Assembly (NCBI GenBank): GCA_052426225.1
Contig: JBNJNM010000012.1
Coordinates: 372,001-436,000, forward strand
Length of the DNA: 64,000 nucleotides
From: Zancudomyces culisetae HAW-14-8
Lineage: Eukaryota > Fungi > Kickxellomycota
Direction: 5' to 3'
In this document: positions 58,351 to 64,000 of the stretch, piece after piece
Position numbering within the stretch: the first letter of the stretch is position 1
How the letters are laid out: each line of letters opens with the position of its first letter
Program-made: the position numbers and the translations under genes
The notes under the pieces: generated by a model
Told to the model about the DNA's origin: nothing
Seen by the model: the letters and a program-made list of their open reading frames with translations, nothing else
Databases searched by the model: none

Positions 58351-60914
58351 TCTTCCTTTCTAAGGCTAGAATATTTGAGTATTTGTATTTTTTTTTGTTA
58401 GATATTGCTTCTCTAGCTAAATATCGAGTCTTAAACATATTGTCATCAAACCAAGTGATCAACGTTAAAGATCTAGCTAATGATTCATTTGAGTTCCACC
58501 ACTTATCACTTTATCTGCTAAAACTATACCACTGCTCTTCAAATGGCTTATTTACTTTTTTTTTCCCTCCACTTCTTTATAAATTATATTTGTACATATA
58601 CATATACTCGACACCTCGTCTCATTCTTATAATTGTAATCTACCTTGACTGATCACGTACATCTATAACGCCACCATTCTTGGAGAAAAAAGAAAGCAAA
58701 TTAAACTAGTACAAAAATATTAGTTACCTTCTTATTACTGCCAATAAAATAATACCCCCCACTGCCAATCTTATTTGTTACGTTTACTGTTACTATTGCC
58801 TAATCTGACTTTGACAAAGTATCTTTTGTACTTTATTTTATGCTATCCAACAGGTCTTTATCACTAGAGAAAAAAGATGAGTAGAATATATTGCTATTCC
58901 TTTTGTCTTGACACCTGTCTCTTTTTTACTTTCTTTTCAAAATTGTAAATTTTGGCCAAGCTTTTGAGGATATATAATATATATACTGATACTAGTGATA
59001 ATAATAACAACAATAGTATATATATGTACTTGTAATTGTTACAACTGGGCTTTTGGTGCTATACGTTACTAAATTATACTTGAAGAAAATAGTATACAAA
59101 GTATTTGAATATACAAGTCGAAATATTTTTCAATTATATTTTCTTATTCTCTTAGAAAAAAATGTGAAAGAGGTAAGGGGAAGAAGGGAAAGAAGAGAAA
59201 AGTTGTGTTGGATGGATAAAGCAAATATACATTGTGTGTGTTTTTTTTTATGTATATATTTACTTGCTATAAACACATTTTTTTTTTGTTTTTTTGTTTT
59301 TTTGTTTTTTTGTTATTTTTTTTTTCCTATTTTCATTTCAGTACAAATACCATTGAGATGAAATGAAGAAAAAAAAAATTCAAATGTTCTATTTCAACCA
59401 AAAATAAATAGAACAGAATTAAAATAAATGAAATAAAGCGGAATAGTGCAAAAATCATACATACATTACATTACATGTTTAACAAATTCTAATAATGCTT
59501 TAATAATTACTTTTAAAATAACAATATAGCAATGGCAATTAAAATAGAAGCTTGAATAATAAAAAAAAAATTTTTTTACAACAAATGTCGTAAGAGATAC
59601 TAAAAATACACGGTTTACTCATGTTTTAACGGACCATCTATTAGCATGAATTCCAACACCTGCTTTCTTTTTCTCTTTTACCTCCATCGTCAATATATCC
59701 ATTAATATTTACAATCTTATTTAAAGTATAGTTACACGGCTATTTCTTATTTTTCTTTTTCTCTTTATGTCTCACTCTTCCCCCATATTTTACTTTTCTT
59801 TCTTTTTTCTATTTTCTTTTTTCTATTTTCTATTTTCTATTTTCTTTTTTCTATTTTCTTTTTTTTGTCTTATTGCCCTTTTTTTTAATATACCAAACAA
59901 ATGTTTGGTTTTATTATCTCTTCCCTCTCTCTTTGTCCCCCCTTTACTCTCCTATCCTTTTCTCTTTACCACACCACACTACACCATACCATACGACACA
60001 ACACAACACAACACAACACAATACTTTTTTTTTCTTTACATGATAAATTCTTATCAAGTTTGGTAGGCTCTTTGTTTCTCCCCCTCCCCTCCCCACCCTT
60101 TTTTTATTTCTTTGCGTTTTGGTTTGTAATCAAATGTTATTGTATTCCAATTACAAATTGTAAACTGCATTTTTAATATATTTACTTTCGATTAAAAACC
60201 CAACTTTTTTTTTTCCATTTTTTTTTTTCAACCTAATCATTTTAGCTTTACGGAAATATAAAAACTCAAATTTTCTTGCAATGGCTAGAGATAATGTGTT
60301 CTTTAATATCAAAATTGTACCAAAAAAAACATAAAAGGAAAAACTATATTACACAAAACAAAAAAGTGTCAAAACATTCGCTTTTCCCAAATACGTTTTG
60401 AATACACCTCGTGAAAAAAAGTAGGATAACTAGACTTGTCTCAGAAAAAAAACATGAATGCTTTATTTCTATTAGCTATTTATATGTCAAGACCCTTTAA
60501 GAATAAATGGTATAAATGAAAAACTATGATTAACAGTAATAGTTGTGGTGGTTTAACGGTTTGTGTTGTACGCCTTTAATTTTGCTACCTCACAAACCCA
60601 TTCATTTTTTCACCCATTCATCCACCCTTCACGCTCTTTACATCCCTCCCCTCCCTCCTCCTTCCTTTTCTTACATCAAGTCCCTTACCTCTTTTATTTA
60701 TGCACCATTTAAACACTCAAGCAAAAAGTAAAATAAATAAATTATATCCTATTGGTGTTGGAATTGACATACAATTAACTGTAGCTAATCTTGCTCTTAT
60801 AATTAGCTTTTTGGGATTTTGTCAATTGATTGATTGATTGACTAATGTATATTTTATGCAAAACAAAAATAAATAAATAAAACACAATAAAGCTTTTAGA
60901 AACCTATATCCCTC

Positions 60915-60972
60915 CTCCCCTCTCCTCTCCCATCCTCTCTCCCATCCTCTCTCCCATCCTCTCTCTCATCCC
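60915..60972. repeat. Pyrimidine-rich 12-mer tandem repeat (CCATCCTCTCTC)
   Basis: About 3-4 imperfect copies read directly. Confidence 0.7.
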
Positions 60973-63580
60973 ATTTTATTCCATCTCATCTCCACTTAGA
61001 TTTGGGACTCTCCCATTCTTAGCTTTTCTTTATACTTTCGCACTCTTATCCGTTTCACTAAAACTCAAAACTTTTTTTTCCCTTGTTTGTGTTACTATGG
61101 CCCTTTGTATTACAGCAAAAATAAAGTAAAATAAAAACAAAATAAAAATAAAAACAAAAATCACATTAACAACTATCCTTTTAATCCCGTATTCCCTAAC
61201 TCCTTTTTTTTTTTCAACGTAAATCCAAACCAAAATTACTCCAACAAAATCATATATTATCTGAACTTTGATAACAAAATTATTTTGAAAAAAAAATGAA
61301 GAAATCAAGATAAAAGGAATCAATACACGTAATTACGGTAATTTCCAGAAAAAGCTCTATGGAAAAAAAATAATAAACATAAATAATACGAGTCAAGTGG
61401 GAAGATATGGGTAAAGCAGCAAGCTTTTTATAGAAATAATAGTAATAATATAAAGAGAAATGAATAAAACGCCATTTTGCTCCTTCTATTTTGCTTTATA
61501 CTTTCAGATTTTTCCCCCCTACTTATTTTATGCTTTTCTTTTGTCTATATACTAGTCAATTCATCAAAGTAAAGATTTTATTTTATAATCAAGTTAAAAA
61601 GCATGATAAAAAAGACGTCTTGGTAACACATGTATAATAGAATGGGGGGAAGAGAGGTGTGTATCAGTGAAGGGAGAAGAGTAAATGAAAAAAAAATAGA
61701 AAACAAAAGCTCATGTCTTACTTTTTACATTTATCCCTTTTTTTTACTTGATTCTTTTTTCCGAATTAGTCAATATTCTTGAACAATCAACTATTATGAC
61801 TTTCCTTGTCGATTATTAATGCCAATCAAATAAAAAAGCAAATAGAATAAATAGATTATATATTTTTCAACACCAATTATGCACATACCAAAAAGGGAAA
61901 AAAAAATAAACCAAATATAGACGTAAAAAATAAATACTGTATAATAAAAATATGTACCTTTTTGACTGTGTGTTATTTAAACATATTTTCGGGTACAACT
62001 CTTTTTCTACACAAGTTTTTTGTTTTGGTTTTTTTTATGGTGAAAATCCCTTTGAAATTATATCAATAGTCAACTTATTTCCACGCTCTTACATATTCTT
62101 GCTCTTTTTTTTTATCCATAGACTATGATCCTCCTCCTATTCCTCCCCCCCCTACTTTGTTTACTAATTTATATCGCTATTTTTATTTCATATTCAAGTT
62201 CATGGCTTTAGATGTTCGAATAATTTAATTTTTTTTATTTTGAGAATTTTTACCTCAATGTTTGGTAATCAATGTGTAAAACTGGGTGTACCATATCAAA
62301 ACGATACTTTTTTATATTAAATTTGAAGTACGCTATTTTTATTTTAGTTGGTCGAAATATACAAAAGAATTAATTATACTATAATATACACATAAGAATG
62401 TATTTTGTGCTTGTGTTTGTGATTGATGGTGCTATAGCAATAACAACGTCCAAATTGAAACTAGATAACCAGAACTCAGGAAAAGAATGCGTTTAATTAT
62501 AGAACAAAAGAAAGAAAGAAAGAAGCGTTTATTCTGTTACCTTCAGTATAAAAATTGTAAACTGTTTTTCTGTTTGTGTCAATTGCTTAAGTATGACTAC
62601 TTTTTGTATTATTTCTAGTAAAAAGTTTGATTAGTTTCAAAAAAAAAAAGCTAGTATGTGACACATTACAATACCATAAATAATAAACAGGATGTAGTCA
62701 ATAAAACAAAACAAAATAAAACAAAAAAAAAACGCACAATTTTTGCAATTACTAGCAAGAGTAATAACAGCACAACCACTTCATCACAGTCATTATCACA
62801 AGTTTTTCGCTATATTTTTTACTTGTGAACTGAATGATATGATTTTCTTACACTGACTAATTGGTGTTTCTCCTCCTCCTTCTCCCCATTTTGGCTCAAA
62901 CATAGCACGAATTTCCAGCCATCTGTATAGCTTACCCTATATACCTAATGCCAATTTTTTGTTTGTTTGCTATTTTCATAAATCACCTTTGACTATGTTT
63001 GCAGTCTAGACTACCAGTAATATTTTCTGTCAGAAAATAGAAATTTGTATTATACAAAAATCCAACTCGCTCTACATTTTGACTTGTTACAGTATACACA
63101 CTAGACTGTAAGCGGTAGCTGACGCAATTCCCAGTATACAAATAGCGAGCAGATACGAGCATTTTATAGCGGATTCATTCTTGCAGTTATATAGGATGCA
63201 CCAATACAGAGCTTGGTCCAAATTAAGCAATTAACAAGGTTCGCATTGTACTTTCAGTGGTCGTAAAAAAAGCAAATGATACATTATATTCATAATAAGG
63301 GTTCTTGAAAAATGTGGGTTGGTAGCGATTAAGCAATTATAAATTATAACACAATAAAAAGGTACGCGAAAATCTAAATTACGCTCAAAAAAAGCGTGGT
63401 ATGGAGACGCTGTCAATACAGGTTTAAAATCAAACCATAGACATAAAAATAAAATAAAAGTCTTGGTTCGGGCTGGTTTTGTCTAGAGGTGTGCTTTGGG
63501 AAGGAAGGGGGAGTAAACCCAAAGAAAGGGCTTATAATACACAGAATCGGAAGGGGTGTATACGCAATAGAATGAGTACG

Positions 63581-64000
63581 CTAGTACGGATTGTAGTCAT
63601 TTCTTGGCATATTATAGTACGAGTAGTTATTGTAAAGATGTTGTGACTGGTAGTTTTTCAGAGGTGGTAGGTGGTTGTCATTAGAAGCATTTGGGGGATA
63701 CGGATTGGATAGGGGACCAAAATTCGAGGATCCAGCAGCATCAATGTTCTGGGGACTGTCCTCGTAATGGCCATGGTGCTCTGAAGAAAAGTACGCACTA
63801 CCATTGGCAGGAGTATTTCCAGTAGGTGGGTGATAATCATAATTCCCATTAAGCCTCTCTACCCCGGCATAATGCTGGTGGTTTTTGGTTTCAAGTTCGA
63901 CTGTAGAATATTGAGTATAGTTGTGTGAATGTTCATAGCCATGAACAGAGCTGGGATACTGATGCATAGAAGGAAGTGGCTCCCGAAAGTTCCAGCTAGG
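63581..64000 (-). CDS. 3' end of a gene extending beyond the window; His/Tyr/Pro/Asn-rich disordered C-terminus
   Basis: Frame is open from the window edge (PSWNFREPLPSMHQYP...) to TAG at 63581. GC is higher than in the flanking DNA. No domain is visible. Confidence 0.65.
   Translation of the reverse strand, partial: PSWNFREPLPSMHQYPSSVHGYEHSHNYTQYSTVELETKNHQHYAGVERLNGNYDYHPPTGNTPANGSAYFSSEHHGHYEDSPQNIDAAGSSNFGPLSNPYPPNASNDNHLPPLKNYQSQHLYNNYSYYNMPRNDYNPY

Noticed and set aside
58400-63580. Short ORFs in the 5-kb AT-rich spacer
   Set aside because: Poly-T/A-derived Phe/Ile-rich translations with no splice-consistent gene model.
1-64000. Selenoprotein or SECIS system, known in some early-diverging fungi
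   Set aside because: Both PDI active sites are CGHC, no recognised gene has an in-frame TGA at a redox position, and the tRNA-like relic lacks tRNA-Sec features. I saw no convincing SECIS by eye; SECISearch would be decisive.

Overview
Eukaryotic, AT-rich genomic DNA with short GT-AG introns and fungal housekeeping genes. The metazoan-like architectures and low-complexity inserts suggest an early-diverging fungus, possibly Zoopagomycota/Harpellales; this is inference only. Gene order: BST1 3' part (+), secreted dipeptidyl-peptidase V (-), a probable decayed gene relic (-), Ulp2/SENP6-7-like SUMO protease (+), NDUFA9 (-, 6 exons), RAD23 (-, 6 exons), TOM5-like (-), ARV1 (-), a Rab7/Ypt7 GTPase (-, 6 exons), glycogen phosphorylase (+), a tRNA-like relic (-), A20/AN1 zinc finger (+), ERp38-type PDI (+), SWI3/RSC8/SMARCC (+), coilin-like (+), TRS85/TRAPPC8 (-), an intronless orphan ORF (+), SNU114 (+), GCV2 (-), NHP10-like HMG protein (-) and a partial gene at the right edge. 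The Rab7 and TOM5-like genes are absent from the ORF track and were rebuilt by hand. Highlights: (1) the SMARCC subunit keeps the animal-type BRCT/chromo N-terminal module; (2) a compositionally distinct orphan ORF at 47.3-48.2 kb has a broken 5' extension and is a horizontal-transfer candidate; (3) one convergent pair overlaps by 14 bp and another is 5 bp apart; (4) a perfect E2F-type site lies upstream of RAD23. I found no convincing multi-gene novel system. All family assignments are from motif recognition, not database searches.
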